A DNA stretch of 32,000 bases from Zymomonas mobilis subsp. mobilis ATCC 10988 (GCF_000175255.2 NC_017262.1:510001-542000), one strand, 5' to 3'; positions 8,381 through 20,562 are shown, counted from the first letter of the stretch. A program made the numbers and translations. Notes: a model not told the origin generated them from the sequence alone.

Positions 8381-11053
8381 TTAGGCTTTTTCTAAAAGGG
8401 CTTTCACCGCTTCCAAAGCCTGGGCGGCCTCATTCCCATTGGGGCCACCGCCTTGAGCCATATCAGGGCGACCACCGCCGCCTTTACCACCCAAGGTTTC
8501 AACAGCCTTCCGAACAAGATCAACAGCGCTTATCTTGTCTTTCAGACTATCGCTTACCCCAATGGCAACAGAAGCACGCCCTTCATTAACCGTGATGAGG
8601 GCAATCACGCCAGATTCAATGATCTTCTTATTTTCATCAATCAAACCACGCAGAGCTTTAGGATCAAGCCCTTCGATGACCTGACCGATAAACTGATACG
8701 CACCGACTTTTTCGGGGGCGGCATTATTACCGCCCTGCCCGCCATTGGCATTAGCCAAAGCCAAAGCTTTCTGAGCATCGGCCAGAGCGCGTTCAGATTT
8801 ACGGCGCTCGTCAAGGATGGCAGCCGTCCGTGTTGGAACTTCTTCCGGCACGGCTTTCAAAATAGAAGCGGTTTCTCGTAACAGACGATCACGACCGACC
8901 AACCACAATCTAGCTTCTTCGCCTGTAACGGCTTCAATACGACGGATACCCGAAGAAACGGCGGTTTCACTGACAATATGGAATAACCCAATTTGCCCCA
9001 AAGCCGATACATGGGTGCCACCACAAAGCTCAACAGACCAAGAGCTTTCCTCATTCTGGTCGTTAAGGCATGATCCCATGGATAAAACACGGACTTCATT
9101 GCCGTATTTTTCACCAAACAAGGCCATCGCTCCGGCTTCAACAGCGGATTCTGGCGTCATCAGTCGCGTCGTCACAACAGAATTATTCAAAATCTGCTGA
9201 TTAACTTCGGCTTCAATCGCGGCCAATTCCTGATCGGTCAAAGCCTTCTGATGAGAAAAGTCAAAGCGCAAACGTTCAGCAGAAACCATACTTCCCTTCT
9301 GGGAAACATGCTGTCCTAACTGATCCCGCAAAGCGGCGTGCAACAAATGGGTTGCCGAATGATTGGCACGCAAACGGTTGCGATGATTGATATCAACTTG
9401 CAACTGGATGTCATCACCAATCTTAATCTCGCCCTTTTCGATTTTAGCGATATGGGCATGAATACGACCTAACGGTTTTTGAGTATCAGTAACCGTCATT
9501 TTCAGATCATTATTACCGATGATAACACCAATATCACCTTTTTGACCGCCACTTTCACCATAAAAAGGCGTCTGATTGGTGATGATGGTGATGTCATCGC
9601 CCTGTTTAGCCGTTTCAACTCGCTTGCCATCTTTAATCAAGGCAATGATCTGGCCACTACCCTTTTCAGCGGTATATCCGGTAAATTCAGTGCCACCCAA
9701 CTGGTCAGCAATATCGAACCAGATTTCATCCGATGCTTTTTCGCCTGACCCTTTCCATGCAGCCCGCGCGGCTTTCCGCTGTTCGGCCATGGCTGCATCA
9801 AAACCAGCCTGATCGACGGTCAGATTCCGCGCCCGCAAAGCATCAGCTGTCAGATCATAGGGGAAACCATAGGTGTCATAGAGTCTAAAAGCGACCTCAC
9901 CGGGTAAAGTGTCACCACTTTTCAGATGTTGAGTTTCATCTTCCAAAATTTTCAGACCATTAGCCAAAGTCTGACGGAAACGCGTTTCTTCCAAGCGCAA
10001 CGTTTCTTCAATCAAAGCCTTAGCTCTGACCAATTCAGGGTAAGCCATACCCATTTCAGAAAGAAGCGCTGGTACAAGCCGATACATCAAAGGCTCTTTT
10101 GCACCGATCAAATGGGCATGGCGCATAGCGCGACGCATAATACGACGCAGAACATACCCACGACCTTCATTGGCCGGTAAAACACCATCAGCAACCAAGA
10201 AACCAGCCGCTCGCAAATGATCGGCAATAACCCGATGGGAAGCCTTAAATTGACCATCTGTCGCCGTATGAGTTAACTCACCAGATGCCGCAATCAAGGC
10301 CTTAAAGGTATCGGTATCATAATTGTCATGAACGCCTTGCAAGACAGACGCAATGCGCTCCAATCCCATACCAGTATCAATGGAGGGTCTCGGCAAATTC
10401 AAACGGGTCTCGGCATTGACCTGTTCATATTGCATGAAGACGAGATTCCAGATTTCGACAAAGCGATCACCATCTTCATCCGGCGATCCCGGAGGGCCAC
10501 CCGGAATTTCGGGGCCATGGTCATAGAATATTTCAGAACAAGGGCCACAAGGTCCCGTATCACCCATTGACCAGAAATTATCAGAAGTCGCAATTTTAAT
10601 AATTCTGTCTTCAGGTAATCCGGCAATTTTGCGCCATAGGTTAAAGGCTTCTTCATCGGTATGATAAACGGTCACACAAAGGCGTTCTGGATCAAGACCC
10701 CATTCTTTGGTGATCAAACCCCATGCCAGTTCGATGACGCGTTCTTTGAAATAATCACCGAAAGAGAAGTTACCCAACATTTCAAAAAAGGTATGATGGC
10801 GGGCAGTATAACCGACATTATCAAGATCGTTATGTTTACCACCAGCACGGACACATTTTTGTGACGATGTTGCGGTTTTATAGGGACGACTTTCAAGACC
10901 GGTAAACGTATTTTTGAAAGGCACCATCCCCGCATTAACAAACATCAACGTCGGATCATTTTGAGGCACCAAGGGTGCCGATGGTACTATCCGATGGCCA
11001 TTCTTTTCGAAATATTCGAGAAAAGAACGGCGGATTTCATTCGTTGTTATCAT
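8381..11053 (-). CDS. alaS: Alanyl-tRNA synthetase
   Basis: [52 protein letters not shown]...[15 protein letters not shown]...[24 protein letters not shown]...ELCGGTHV. The start is placed at 11053 rather than the ORF-track start at 11173, from the conserved N-terminus. Confidence 0.98.
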   Translation of the reverse strand: MITTNEIRRSFLEYFEKNGHRIVPSAPLVPQNDPTLMFVNAGMVPFKNTFTGLESRPYKTATSSQKCVRAGGKHNDLDNVGYTARHHTFFEMLGNFSFGDYFKERVIELAWGLITKEWGLDPERLCVTVYHTDEEAFNLWRKIAGLPEDRIIKIATSDNFWSMGDTGPCGPCSEIFYDHGPEIPGGPPGSPDEDGDRFVEIWNLVFMQYEQVNAETRLNLPRPSIDTGMGLERIASVLQGVHDNYDTDTFKALIAASGELTHTATDGQFKASHRVIADHLRAAGFLVADGVLPANEGRGYVLRRIMRRAMRHAHLIGAKEPLMYRLVPALLSEMGMAYPELVRAKALIEETLRLEETRFRQTLANGLKILEDETQHLKSGDTLPGEVAFRLYDTYGFPYDLTADALRARNLTVDQAGFDAAMAEQRKAARAAWKGSGEKASDEIWFDIADQLGGTEFTGYTAEKGSGQIIALIKDGKRVETAKQGDDITIITNQTPFYGESGGQKGDIGVIIGNNDLKMTVTDTQKPLGRIHAHIAKIEKGEIKIGDDIQLQVDINHRNRLRANHSATHLLHAALRDQLGQHVSQKGSMVSAERLRFDFSHQKALTDQELAAIEAEVNQQILNNSVVTTRLMTPESAVEAGAMALFGEKYGNEVRVLSMGSCLNDQNEESSWSVELCGGTHVSALGQIGLFHIVSETAVSSGIRRIEAVTGEEARLWLVGRDRLLRETASILKAVPEEVPTRTAAILDERRKSERALADAQKALALANANGGQGGNNAAPEKVGAYQFIGQVIEGLDPKALRGLIDENKKIIESGVIALITVNEGRASVAIGVSDSLKDKISAVDLVRKAVETLGGKGGGGRPDMAQGGGPNGNEAAQALEAVKALLEKA

Positions 11054-11193
11054 AATGAGGCCCCCAACACTGCTGACCGGAAGTTTTATTGCCAGCAGCC
11101 ATAGCACCCGATGGGCATAAAAACAGTATAAACAGACGAAAAAATACAGGGTATGCGTATTTATTTTACGCATACCCTCTTCAGATCAGGATA

Positions 11194-12321
11194 TTATTTT
11201 CCGATATGGGCGCAAGTCTCACCTGCGGCCTGAAGCTGGCTACAGAAGCTATTCGCCTGACCACCCGCTGTCGCCCGTAAACGATAGAAGGTCTTTTCAC
11301 CGATCTTCACAGAGATGATCTGATGCGGCAAAGGCTTGATCCAGCTATAACGCTGCGTCAAATGAGACCAAACTTCATTGGCTTTGGCTTCACTACCAAA
11401 GGCACCCAACTGGATAACACCGGCACCTGCTGGTGCTTTTTTGGCTTCATCTGCCGGATGAGCATCTTTGTGAAGACTGCTCATCACACCCGCAACGGAA
11501 TCTTCGCGACTTTTGGGTTTTGCCACTTCTGCTGGATGTTCAGCTTCCGGCTTTTCAACTTTTGTAGCCGGTTTAACCACAGCAACAGGTGGCTTTTCAC
11601 GTTCCGCAGCCTTAACCGGATGCTCGGCAGGTTTAACTTCTTTTTCGTGTTTCACCGGTGCTGCTGGACGTGGGGCTGCCGGATGCGTTGCGGTTGAATG
11701 ACGGGTGTCGCCCGTCATATCCGACATTTCCGGTTCATTTTCTACGACATCAGGCCGCGTTTTTGTGACAGGTGCTGAGGCTGGAGGCGGTGGCGTGATA
11801 GGCTGTTCAGCCTGTTTCGGCGCGATCGTCATCGGCTGTTCCGGCTGCACGGATGTATCAATAGATGAATTGATATCCCGTCCTTCGCTGGCGGCATAGG
11901 CTGATTCACCTTCGCCTTCGATTTTCATCCCACCTGGCTCACGGGGCTTGGTTTTATAGGGACCCGGTTCCGCTGTAATCACGGACGCATTACCACTAAC
12001 GGCTGGCGGACGATGGAACCACCAATAAAGCCCAATCCCTAGCAAAGCCAAAGTCAATAAAGCGACCAAGGCGACAATAACGATCTGGAAAATATTCCCA
12101 CCATGACCATTATCGTCATCTTCTACGGGTTCCAGCCATGGCAAGCTATCATCTTCATCGCCATCATCTGCATCAGCCGAATGATGATCATAAAAATCAC
12201 TGGTGTCATCACGGGACGAACCATGAGCATTAGACCGGCCAAATGTTCGGTTATAGGTATTGTTCTCTTGTGGCCGGCCATGAGAATTCATGGCATCATG
12301 CTCCTGATCTTTATCATCCAT
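11194..12321 (-). CDS. SPOR-domain single-pass membrane protein
   Basis: Acidic N-terminus, one TM helix (IFQIVIVALVALLTLALLGIGLYWWF), a P/A/K-rich linker and a C-terminal SPOR-like module (GVIQLGAFGSEAKANEVWSHLTQRYSWIKPLPHQIISVKIGEKTFYRLRATAGGQANSFCSQLQAAGETCAHI). Confidence 0.85.
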   Translation of the reverse strand: MDDKDQEHDAMNSHGRPQENNTYNRTFGRSNAHGSSRDDTSDFYDHHSADADDGDEDDSLPWLEPVEDDDNGHGGNIFQIVIVALVALLTLALLGIGLYWWFHRPPAVSGNASVITAEPGPYKTKPREPGGMKIEGEGESAYAASEGRDINSSIDTSVQPEQPMTIAPKQAEQPITPPPPASAPVTKTRPDVVENEPEMSDMTGDTRHSTATHPAAPRPAAPVKHEKEVKPAEHPVKAAEREKPPVAVVKPATKVEKPEAEHPAEVAKPKSREDSVAGVMSSLHKDAHPADEAKKAPAGAGVIQLGAFGSEAKANEVWSHLTQRYSWIKPLPHQIISVKIGEKTFYRLRATAGGQANSFCSQLQAAGETCAHIGK

Positions 12322-12324
12322 TCC

Positions 12325-14049
12325 CTACATCTCCTCCGAGGCATTGACGCCGACTACGCCAAGCCCATTTCTGATAACCTGACCAACAGCATCAGCCAAA
12401 GCTAGTCTGGCTGCTGTTTTTGCTGGATTATCCGGCAACAGAAAACGCCGGTCAGGATTATCATTACCTTTATTCCACAAGCTATGAAAATCCGCAGCCA
12501 AGGTGAACAGATAAAAAACGATACGATGTGGTTCATGCGCGACAGCCGCCGCTTCAATCAGACGCGGGAACTGGGCAGCCTGCTGAATCAACGCCAATTC
12601 TTCTTTATCAAGCAGATTTAAATCCGCTTTTTCAGGTAAAGTAATATTCTCTGATACAAGCCGCCGATGCAAGGAGTGAACACGGGCATGAGCATATTGG
12701 ACATAAAAGACCGGATTGTCTTTTGAGGCTTCGATTACTTTTTCAAAATCGAAATCCATTTGGGCATCCGCTTTGCGGGTCAGCATTGAAAAGCGAACAA
12801 CGTCGCGCCCTACTTCTGATACGACATCCGCAAGGGTAACGAAGTTACCGGAACGCTTCGACATTTTGACTGGCTCACCGCCACGAAGCAAATGCACCAT
12901 CTGAACCAGTTTTACATCCAACGGGACTTTATTCTGGGTCAAAGCTGCAACTGCTGCTTTAATCCGCTTAACCGTTCCTGCGTGGTCAGCACCCCAAATA
13001 TCGACTAGCTGATCGGCAGTCGCTGCTTTTTCGGCATGATAAGCAAGGTCAGCACCAAAATAGGTGTAGCTACCATCGGATTTCTGAACAGGCCGATCGC
13101 TGTCATCACCAAATTTAGTCGCACGGAACAAGGTCAGTTCGACAGGTTCCCAATCTTCCGGCGTTTCACCTTTCGGCGCTTCCAAAACGCCTTTATAGAT
13201 CAGGCCTTCTTTTTCCAGTTTATCAATGGCTTTTTGGACAATACCAGCTTTGTGAAGCGCTGCTTCTGACGTGAATTTATCGTGATGAATACCTAATAAG
13301 GCTAAATCATCACGGATCATGTCCATCATGGCTGCGACCGTCGTTTCACGGAACAAAGCCAGCCATTCGGATTCCGGCGCGTTGAGGTAACGGTCGCCAT
13401 ATTTTTCAGCCAGTAATTTACCAACCGGAACCAAATAGTCACCCGGATACAGGCCTTCAGGAATGGTGATTTCTTCACCCAAGGCTTCCCGATAGCGCAT
13501 ATAGGCCGAACGCGCTAAAGTCTGAACTTGCTGTCCTGCGTCATTGACATAATATTCGCGGGTAACTTTATAACCAGCGAAATCTAGCAAAGAGGCCAGA
13601 GCATCACCAACCACGGCGCCCCGACAATGGCCCATATGCATAGGTCCGGTAGGGTTTGCCGAAACATATTCAACATTAACGCGTAAATTTTGCCCAATAT
13701 CAGAACGGCCATAATCTTGACCCTGTTCCAGAATATGGGTCAATTCTTTCCGCCAGCAATCATCGGTCAACCGGATATTGATAAAGCCGGGGCCTGCGAT
13801 TTCGACAGACTCAACCCCTTCCAACTGGGACAAAGATTCAACCAGTTTTTCAGCCAAAGCACGGGGCGCCGTCTTAGCCGCTTTTGCCAGTACCATAGCG
13901 GCATTGATAGCCAAATCTCCATGAGACGGGTCACGCGGTGGCTCGACAGCAACCCGACTACGATCCAGACCGGCCGGTAACAGACCTTCGGCCTCAAAGG
14001 TATCAAGAATAGAAGAGAGCTGCGCGGCAAAATGGCGATAAAGGGTCAC
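12325..14049 (-). CDS. argS: Arginyl-tRNA synthetase
   Basis: Signature VEYVSANPTGPMHMGHCRGAVVGDALASLLDFAGYKVTREYYVNDAGQQ...QMVHLLRGGEPVKMSKRSGNFVTLADV...RFSMLTRKADAQMDFD. Confidence 0.98.
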   Translation of the reverse strand: MTLYRHFAAQLSSILDTFEAEGLLPAGLDRSRVAVEPPRDPSHGDLAINAAMVLAKAAKTAPRALAEKLVESLSQLEGVESVEIAGPGFINIRLTDDCWRKELTHILEQGQDYGRSDIGQNLRVNVEYVSANPTGPMHMGHCRGAVVGDALASLLDFAGYKVTREYYVNDAGQQVQTLARSAYMRYREALGEEITIPEGLYPGDYLVPVGKLLAEKYGDRYLNAPESEWLALFRETTVAAMMDMIRDDLALLGIHHDKFTSEAALHKAGIVQKAIDKLEKEGLIYKGVLEAPKGETPEDWEPVELTLFRATKFGDDSDRPVQKSDGSYTYFGADLAYHAEKAATADQLVDIWGADHAGTVKRIKAAVAALTQNKVPLDVKLVQMVHLLRGGEPVKMSKRSGNFVTLADVVSEVGRDVVRFSMLTRKADAQMDFDFEKVIEASKDNPVFYVQYAHARVHSLHRRLVSENITLPEKADLNLLDKEELALIQQAAQFPRLIEAAAVAHEPHRIVFYLFTLAADFHSLWNKGNDNPDRRFLLPDNPAKTAARLALADAVGQVIRNGLGVVGVNASEEM

Positions 14050-14249
14050 GGTTAAAATAATCCATCAGACAAATAATGAAAAAGCAAAAAAACAGCCAAA
14101 GCTACTATCCCAAGCCTTAACCTGTTGTTGCCAAAAGGCTCTAATCTATTTTGCGGAACAATCAAATCCTGACTAAAGCCTCTCAAGGGCATTATTATCA
14201 ATCTTTGAAGAAATAAATCTATTTCAAAAAGGATAAGCGATATCCTTTT

Positions 14250-15410
14250 TTAGACCAGATCGAAGGCACCGATATCTTGATGATAGCGTTTTAACGCATA
14301 ATGATCCGTCATACCGGCGACATAATCAACGATATGCCGTTGCCGATCGACCTCATTATCCGGCCAATTTTCTTGCCAATCCTCCGGCAATAATCGCGGA
14401 TTATCCTTATAAAGCGCTACCAATCTGGAAATAATATAAGACGATCTCTCCGCAATCGGTAATAATCGGGGGTGATGATACAGCTTTTGATACATGAATT
14501 TTTTAAACAGCCGCTCATTCTTGGTCATCTCATCTGAAAAGCCGACCATGGCTTGAGGCATCTGCCGGATATCCGTCAGATGTTCCGGTTTAAAAAAGGC
14601 AATCCGGCGGCGGGTCTCATCCAGCGAATCATTGACCATTCGACCAATTTGCTCACGGATCAATTCAGCAATTAACTTTTTCCCAGTTAAATCAGGGTAG
14701 CGTGTTTTCACGGCTTGCCATGTTGGGGCAATCAAAGGCTGGGCAACGACTTCTTCAAGATCAATCAATCCTGCCCGCAATCCATCATCCAAATCATGGT
14801 TGTCATAGGCGATATCATCGGACAAAGCCGCTACTTGCGCCTCTAGTGATGGCCAGCTTGTCAATTCCAACGGGAAAGCATCATCCACAGCTGATAATGC
14901 CCAATTCGGATGCCTTATCGGGCCATTATGCTTGGCTAAACCTTCCTGCATTTCCCAAGTCAAATTGAGGCCTGACCAACGCGGATAAGGCGATTCTAAA
15001 TGGGTCAGGATACGAAGACTATGGGCATTATGGTCAAAACCACCTGCGTCTTTCAACGCCTGTTTCAAGATATTTTCGCCGATATGACCAAAAGGCGGAT
15101 GCCCTAAATCATGCGCCAGACATAAGGCTTCCGTTAGGTCTTCATTCAACCGAAGCACCCGGGCTATCGTCCGGCCAATCTGGGCGACTTCTAAACTATG
15201 GGTCAATCTCACCCTAAAATGATCGCTCTCCGGCGCGATAAAAACCTGCGTCTTATAACGGAGCCTTCGGAAAGCCATAGAATGGATAATCCGGTCACGG
15301 TCACGCTGAAAAGCATTGCGGGGGCCTCTTACGGCACCCTTCCCTTCATCATGTAGTCTGCCACGGGATAATTCGGGATCGGCGGCATAAGATGCAAATT
15401 CTGTTTTCAT
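14250..15410 (-). CDS. dgt: dGTPase-like deoxynucleoside triphosphate triphosphohydrolase (HD domain)
   Basis: [56 protein letters not shown]...[17 protein letters not shown]. The start MKTEFASY at 15410 is preferred over 15428. Confidence 0.93.
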   Translation of the reverse strand: MKTEFASYAADPELSRGRLHDEGKGAVRGPRNAFQRDRDRIIHSMAFRRLRYKTQVFIAPESDHFRVRLTHSLEVAQIGRTIARVLRLNEDLTEALCLAHDLGHPPFGHIGENILKQALKDAGGFDHNAHSLRILTHLESPYPRWSGLNLTWEMQEGLAKHNGPIRHPNWALSAVDDAFPLELTSWPSLEAQVAALSDDIAYDNHDLDDGLRAGLIDLEEVVAQPLIAPTWQAVKTRYPDLTGKKLIAELIREQIGRMVNDSLDETRRRIAFFKPEHLTDIRQMPQAMVGFSDEMTKNERLFKKFMYQKLYHHPRLLPIAERSSYIISRLVALYKDNPRLLPEDWQENWPDNEVDRQRHIVDYVAGMTDHYALKRYHQDIGAFDLV

Positions 15411-15517
15411 TATTCTATCATGACCCATGTCATCGGGCGTTTACAAATAACGCATAAAAACCACAGCCAAAAATAGAAAATGAATTTCAAGAGCAAATCA
15501 TCCTTCCAAAAACAAGC

Positions 15518-16795
15518 CTACCCTCCCAAATGACTGATAACGCTTTTAGATGCTGTTTTTGGCTGTTTTTTCTGGTCATAAAATTGACTGATAGCAATGG
15601 AACCCGCCACTGCAAAAGCAATAGGAATCAGAAAATCATGACCGGTTCTGGCAAATTCGATGACCAAAGCCATAGCCGTAATCGGCATTTTCATTGAGCT
15701 CGCTAAAAAAGCGGCACCCCCAATAATAGCAAAGGCACCAATCGGCACTGGCGGTAACCACATATTCCATAGATGGCCAATAACAACAGCCAACAAAGCC
15801 CCGAAACTGATACCGGGAGTCAATAATCCCCCATATGCGCCTGCCCAGAGGGCTAGAAAGACAGCCAGAATTTTAAAACAGAATAACTCGCCGGCCTTCA
15901 TACCGGATAAATTATCATTAAAAGCCAAGCTCACGGGGCCTTTGCCATTACCCAAAATTTCAGGAAACCACATAGACAATAGGCCAATCGCGGCAAAACA
16001 GAGGATAGCCACCAAAGCTAATCGGCGGTTATCCTTTATTCTGCTGGCGGTTATTTTTTGCGACCAAAAGCGAAAATAATGAGCAGCAATCCCGAAAACA
16101 GGTCCTGCAAGTAATGCCAACAGCATTAATCGGGTATCTACTGGCCATGCAGGGACATGATAGACCATGCTATTTCCCAGAAGAATCCATGCCATGCGAG
16201 CAGACAAGGCCGAGGTCAACAAAGCGACAATGACAACCGGACTAGCCCATGTCATCAACAAGGCTTCCAAAGCAAATAACGCGCCACTAAGTGGCACATT
16301 ATAGACCGAAGCCAATCCAGCCCCTGCCCCACAAGCGACTAAAATCCGCCGCTGATTTTCGGATAAGCTCCCCCAAAAGGCAAATCTTTCGCCAATCAAA
16401 CTGCCCAATTCCCGCGGAGCCACCTCCCGCCCTAAGGGCGAGCCAAGGCCGACCGTCACAATCTGCAAAAGGACATGAATAATAGTCGTCCAGAAAGGCA
16501 TTACTCTTTTATTGGCGGCAACGGCTTGCGTAATCGAAACCAAAGGTGAACCAAAATGACGCAGCAAGCCCCAGCCACCACCGACAACAGCCCCACAAAA
16601 AACAAGCACTTCTAACCGCCTCAAAGGTGACGCGGCCATGCTACCTTTTAAAAAGCTTTCCTCGCTTATGACATGCTGCAAGCTATAGCCATAAGCGATA
16701 TGTTGCACGGCATGCAGTATCCATGACAAAAGCATCCCGCCCAATCCGGTTAGGCAGCCCACAGCAAGACAGGCAAGGCCATAGCGTATCTTCAT
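15518..16795 (-). CDS. ClC-family chloride channel/transporter
   Basis: GLGSPLGREVAPRELGSLIGERF...RRILVACGAGAGLASVYNVPLSGALFALEALL...AGAYGGLLTPGISFGALLAVVIGHLW. These match the conserved ClC G(K/R)EGP-like and GxFxP-like regions, with variations. Confidence 0.87.
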   Translation of the reverse strand: MKIRYGLACLAVGCLTGLGGMLLSWILHAVQHIAYGYSLQHVISEESFLKGSMAASPLRRLEVLVFCGAVVGGGWGLLRHFGSPLVSITQAVAANKRVMPFWTTIIHVLLQIVTVGLGSPLGREVAPRELGSLIGERFAFWGSLSENQRRILVACGAGAGLASVYNVPLSGALFALEALLMTWASPVVIVALLTSALSARMAWILLGNSMVYHVPAWPVDTRLMLLALLAGPVFGIAAHYFRFWSQKITASRIKDNRRLALVAILCFAAIGLLSMWFPEILGNGKGPVSLAFNDNLSGMKAGELFCFKILAVFLALWAGAYGGLLTPGISFGALLAVVIGHLWNMWLPPVPIGAFAIIGGAAFLASSMKMPITAMALVIEFARTGHDFLIPIAFAVAGSIAISQFYDQKKQPKTASKSVISHLGG

Positions 16796-18738
16796 TTTGC
16801 CGTCAGCCTTTCTACCGGCACAGTTTTACGAGATGTAAATTGAATCGTCGAAAAACCATGTTTTTTTAGCTTGTTAACGAAATCTTGTGCCTGTTCATCT
16901 GACGAGAACGGGCCTGCCAGCAAACGATGCGATTTATGCCAAGGCGAAGTCCATGGCTGTGTTGTTTTCAGTAAAGGATATTTGGTTAATAATTTTTGCC
17001 AGACCGCAAGAAGATTAGCCTTATTTTCGCCGCTGGCAACCTGAACCCAATAGCGTTCACTTGTGGCCTCATGCGCTGATTTGGTGACGGCTTTGGTCTC
17101 AGTGGCCGTTTTTGTATCTACAGCAGCATGGCTATTTTTCTTTTCTATCGTAGTAGCTGGGCTATTCGCTGACAGGTCTTTTTTCCCATTCAGCATTTTG
17201 GGATTTTTCTCACTGGCCTCAATCGGCAGATTGCCTACCTTTTTCGCACTACTTTTTTCTGCTTTTTGATCGAGTGCCTTTTGCTCGGCAATACATTGAT
17301 TGATCTTTAAAAGCTCGACCTTGCTGGGTGTTTTAGACGCATGAGCAGGCTTTGCTACAATTTTCCCTTTCATTGCCTTTTTAGCGGGTAACTTAAGGCT
17401 ATTTTCAATATTTATCTTACAATAGGCCTTTAACTCCGCCTCGCTCCTAACCGGCGTTTTTTTAGTAGTCGGCGGTGTTTTTTCAGAAGTCTTTTCCTGT
17501 ACAATCGGTGCCGAAGCGATTTTACTTTTTGGCTTCGGCAGAACGGGCGACACTGTTGGAGCCGGAACAACAGGAGGCGAAACCGTTACAGCTACAGGAT
17601 TTGCCTTTTCGCCAACATTGCCTCTTCTCGATTTTAAAAGAACTTTGGGCGTTGGTGGCTCTCTATCATCGTCTTTGACTGTCAAAGGCCGAATCGGATC
17701 TTCACCGACTTCTGGGCGCGGTGCCTGCGGAGCCAGTGGCATGGGTTTTTCTGATGTGACGTAATCTTCAGGCGTTGCCGGAATGCTATCAATATTAAAA
17801 TCTGAAACAGGCTCTTTGGTATCAGCAGGGCCCGATTTGTCATTTTCAGCCCAAAGCGATTGCGAGCTGCTGCCTTTAACTTTCATATCCCCGAAATGCA
17901 CGGCTGCCGCTTTTTCTTGAGCTGACAGATGGGGTAAACGGCTTAAAAATGACGCCATTGCCTCGGCAGAACCGGCAGGCATCGTTGATTTGATAATAGC
18001 ATTAGCTCCAGCGACATCGCCGGTTAACGCTAATATCAAAGCACGCGTGCGCCATGCAGCCCGATTTTGTTGTCTTAGCTGGCGATCAATCAAAGCGAGG
18101 GCATTACTAGCATGTCCGGCAATGGCTTGAGAAAGGGCAAATCGCCTTTCCGTCTCATCATCAGGATGAGAGGATAAAGCCATCGTATAGGCTGCTTCGG
18201 CTTTGGCTTTATTGCCCAATAAATCATAAGCCAATCCGCTATCACTCGCGACAATGGCTGCTGGAATACCATTCGAGACTGCCTCATGAAAATATTTTAA
18301 GGCCTGCTGCGGTTTTTCCTGCTGGATAAAAATCGATCCTAAGGTAGCTTTTACTTTCCCATCATGGGGAGCCAATGTCTCGGCACGGGACAAAAAACCA
18401 TAAGCAGCGTGAAGGTCACCCGCCCGATAAGAAGCCAGTCCTGCTCCAATCAGGGCATTGGTATCATGAGGTTGCGCCGCCAAACGGCGCAGATAAACAG
18501 TCAAATCTGCCTTATCGCTACCCGTCTCATTCTCGGCTATTTGCGCCTGTAAAGGAACAGAATAGCAAGGGATGCCTGTCAAAACCAGAAAAGATACCCA
18601 AGTAGATTTAACGATATATCGTATCTTACCATAGGATGTCTTTTGGGCTTTTGCCGATATGCGGGTGCCGATAAATTCGGACGGAACGGGCTGCTTCCCA
18701 AAACCGCCATTCTTAGAATCTTTTATCTCGATAGCCAT
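16792..18738 (-). CDS. Tetratricopeptide-repeat plus C-terminal SPOR-domain protein
   Basis: TPR-like arrays (LIGAGLASYRAGDLHAAYGFLSRAETLAPHDGKVKATLGSIFIQQEKPQQALKYFHEAV...) and a C-terminal YWVQVASGENKANLLAVWQKLLTKYPLL...HRLLAGPFSSDEQAQDFVNKLKKHGFSTIQF. The likely start MAIEIKDS is at 18738; the longer ORF start at 18924 would overlap the ftsZ terminator. Confidence 0.83.
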   Translation of the reverse strand: MAIEIKDSKNGGFGKQPVPSEFIGTRISAKAQKTSYGKIRYIVKSTWVSFLVLTGIPCYSVPLQAQIAENETGSDKADLTVYLRRLAAQPHDTNALIGAGLASYRAGDLHAAYGFLSRAETLAPHDGKVKATLGSIFIQQEKPQQALKYFHEAVSNGIPAAIVASDSGLAYDLLGNKAKAEAAYTMALSSHPDDETERRFALSQAIAGHASNALALIDRQLRQQNRAAWRTRALILALTGDVAGANAIIKSTMPAGSAEAMASFLSRLPHLSAQEKAAAVHFGDMKVKGSSSQSLWAENDKSGPADTKEPVSDFNIDSIPATPEDYVTSEKPMPLAPQAPRPEVGEDPIRPLTVKDDDREPPTPKVLLKSRRGNVGEKANPVAVTVSPPVVPAPTVSPVLPKPKSKIASAPIVQEKTSEKTPPTTKKTPVRSEAELKAYCKINIENSLKLPAKKAMKGKIVAKPAHASKTPSKVELLKINQCIAEQKALDQKAEKSSAKKVGNLPIEASEKNPKMLNGKKDLSANSPATTIEKKNSHAAVDTKTATETKAVTKSAHEATSERYWVQVASGENKANLLAVWQKLLTKYPLLKTTQPWTSPWHKSHRLLAGPFSSDEQAQDFVNKLKKHGFSTIQFTSRKTVPVERLTAK

Positions 18739-18869
18739 AGTAACGTAAAAAGCTAACTGTCTTTGCGAACGCAAGCATAAAACGACAAAAAAGGCAGAAG
18801 ATCGGATTAAATATATTTTAGCGGTCAGAAATGAAGCTAAATTGATGCCGTAGGATGCCACAGATAAAA

Positions 18870-18904
18870 AAACAGGCCGCTCACCGAATGAGAACGACCT
18901 GTTT
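18870..18904 (-). terminator. Probable Rho-independent terminator downstream of ftsZ
   Basis: AAACAGG...CTCA-CCGAA-TGAG...CCTGTTT imperfect hairpin. On the minus strand it is followed by a T run (CCTGTTTTTTTATC). Confidence 0.75.
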
Positions 18905-18936
18905 CTTTTTTTTGAGTCTAACAAAGACCCGAAATT

Positions 18937-20346
18937 TTAGGAATTACCCTGACGATTCAAGAATTGAGGGATATCGACACGGCCACGGTTTTCAGTGCTG
19001 TCTTTGCGATCAGCTCCACGGGCAATGTTAGACATCCGTTCAAATAAGGTGCTGCCTTCTCTTGCCAGTCTCGGAGCCGGACGGGTCGGCTCGCTATTCC
19101 AACCAGCGTTAGAATTCTGGTTAAAATCGCTGTCATCGACGGACGGAGAAGCTGCTTTTAAATTATCTTTTTTTTCGACCGGTTTAACGGCCTCTTGTCC
19201 AAGAACCAGCTCATCTTCAACAGGCGGCTGGGGCTGCGGTGCCACTGCCTTTGGGGCAGGTACAACGGTGGACTGGGATACCGAAGACATCGACTGAGAG
19301 GAAACAGCGGTATAACCGGAAGCCGAGCTAGTCGGATTATAAGAAGATTTTTCTTCTTCGCCTTCTTTTTTGCTCGAATCGATACCGGTTGCCACAACAG
19401 AAACGCGGATACGACCATCAAGGTCTTCGTTAAAGGCTGAACCAAAGATGATATTAGCATCATCATCGACCAATTCACGAATATGATTGGCGGCTTCATC
19501 GACTTCCATCAAGGTGATATCTTCACCACCGATAATAGAAACGATTACGCCTCGTGCGCCATTCATAGACACACCATCCAACAACGGATTGGCAATGGCT
19601 CTTTCCGCGGCTTCAATAGCCCGATTATCACCGGAAGCCTCACCGGTACCCATCATCGCTTTACCCATTTCGCTCATGACAGAACGGATATCAGCAAAAT
19701 CAAGATTGATAAGACCGGGGCAAACCATCAAATCGGTAATACCGCGAACACCCTGCTGCAAAACCTCATCCGCCATCTGGAAGGCCTGCTTAAAGGTCGT
19801 GTTCGGATTGGCGATCAAAAACAAATTCTGGTTTGGAATAACAATCAGCGTATCGACATGCTTTTGCAGTTCTTCAATACCGCTTTCAGCTGACCGCGCC
19901 CGTCTTTTACCTTCAAAGTTGAACGGTTTGGTCACAACACCGACTGTCAGAATACCACGATCACGCGCTACTTTTGCGATGACCGGTGCTGCACCCGTGC
20001 CGGTGCCACCCCCCATCCCAGCGGCGATAAAGCACATTCTTGCGCCTTCCAAGGCTTCCTGAATCTGCTCGATCGTTTCTTCTGCGGCCGCTTTACCGAC
20101 TTCCGGTCTCGATCCTGCCCCCAAGCCCTGCGTCGTCGTCGGGCCAAGCTGAATCCGCTGTTCTGCCGGAGAGATATTTAAGGCCTGGGCATCTGTATTG
20201 GCTACAATAAAATCGACACCCTGCACACCTGATGCAATCATATTGGCAACAGCATTTCCGCCGCCGCCGCCGACACCAATCACGCTAATCCGGGGCAGCT
20301 CACTTACTTCGCTGCTATCACTGGGTTGCATGAATTCGATGGTCAT
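18937..20346 (-). CDS. ftsZ: Cell division GTPase FtsZ
   Basis: [20 protein letters not shown]...NTDAQAL...[20 protein letters not shown]...; the conserved C-terminal peptide reads [11 protein letters not shown]. Confidence 0.99.
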   Translation of the reverse strand: MTIEFMQPSDSSEVSELPRISVIGVGGGGGNAVANMIASGVQGVDFIVANTDAQALNISPAEQRIQLGPTTTQGLGAGSRPEVGKAAAEETIEQIQEALEGARMCFIAAGMGGGTGTGAAPVIAKVARDRGILTVGVVTKPFNFEGKRRARSAESGIEELQKHVDTLIVIPNQNLFLIANPNTTFKQAFQMADEVLQQGVRGITDLMVCPGLINLDFADIRSVMSEMGKAMMGTGEASGDNRAIEAAERAIANPLLDGVSMNGARGVIVSIIGGEDITLMEVDEAANHIRELVDDDANIIFGSAFNEDLDGRIRVSVVATGIDSSKKEGEEEKSSYNPTSSASGYTAVSSQSMSSVSQSTVVPAPKAVAPQPQPPVEDELVLGQEAVKPVEKKDNLKAASPSVDDSDFNQNSNAGWNSEPTRPAPRLAREGSTLFERMSNIARGADRKDSTENRGRVDIPQFLNRQGNS

Positions 20347-20562
20347 TTACGCTCTCCGTCCCAAATACATTTTGTCAGGCTTATCCTAGGCTACAATGCT
20401 ATAAAATCGGATTTAACAAGTTACTCTTTGTCGAAAAGATTACCGGATCTGACCAAACAAAGCTATTCACCCTGTTACCTAGTGACTAAATCTTATATTG
20501 CCTGAAGCCATTACTAAAAGCACGTAAAAATGTGCAATAAAATCTTAATTTTGAATATATTT

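Noticed and set aside
11054-11173. 40 aa N-terminal extension of AlaS in the ORF track
   Set aside because: The conserved AlaS N-terminus begins at [20 protein letters not shown]; the extension is cysteine/aromatic-rich and looks like untranslated leader.
18739-18924. 62 aa N-terminal extension of the TPR/SPOR protein
   Set aside because: It would run through the ftsZ terminator hairpin; an internal Met at 18738 is more plausible.
19487-20062. 191 aa plus-strand ORF and others antisense to ftsZ
   Set aside because: Antisense shadow of a highly conserved gene.
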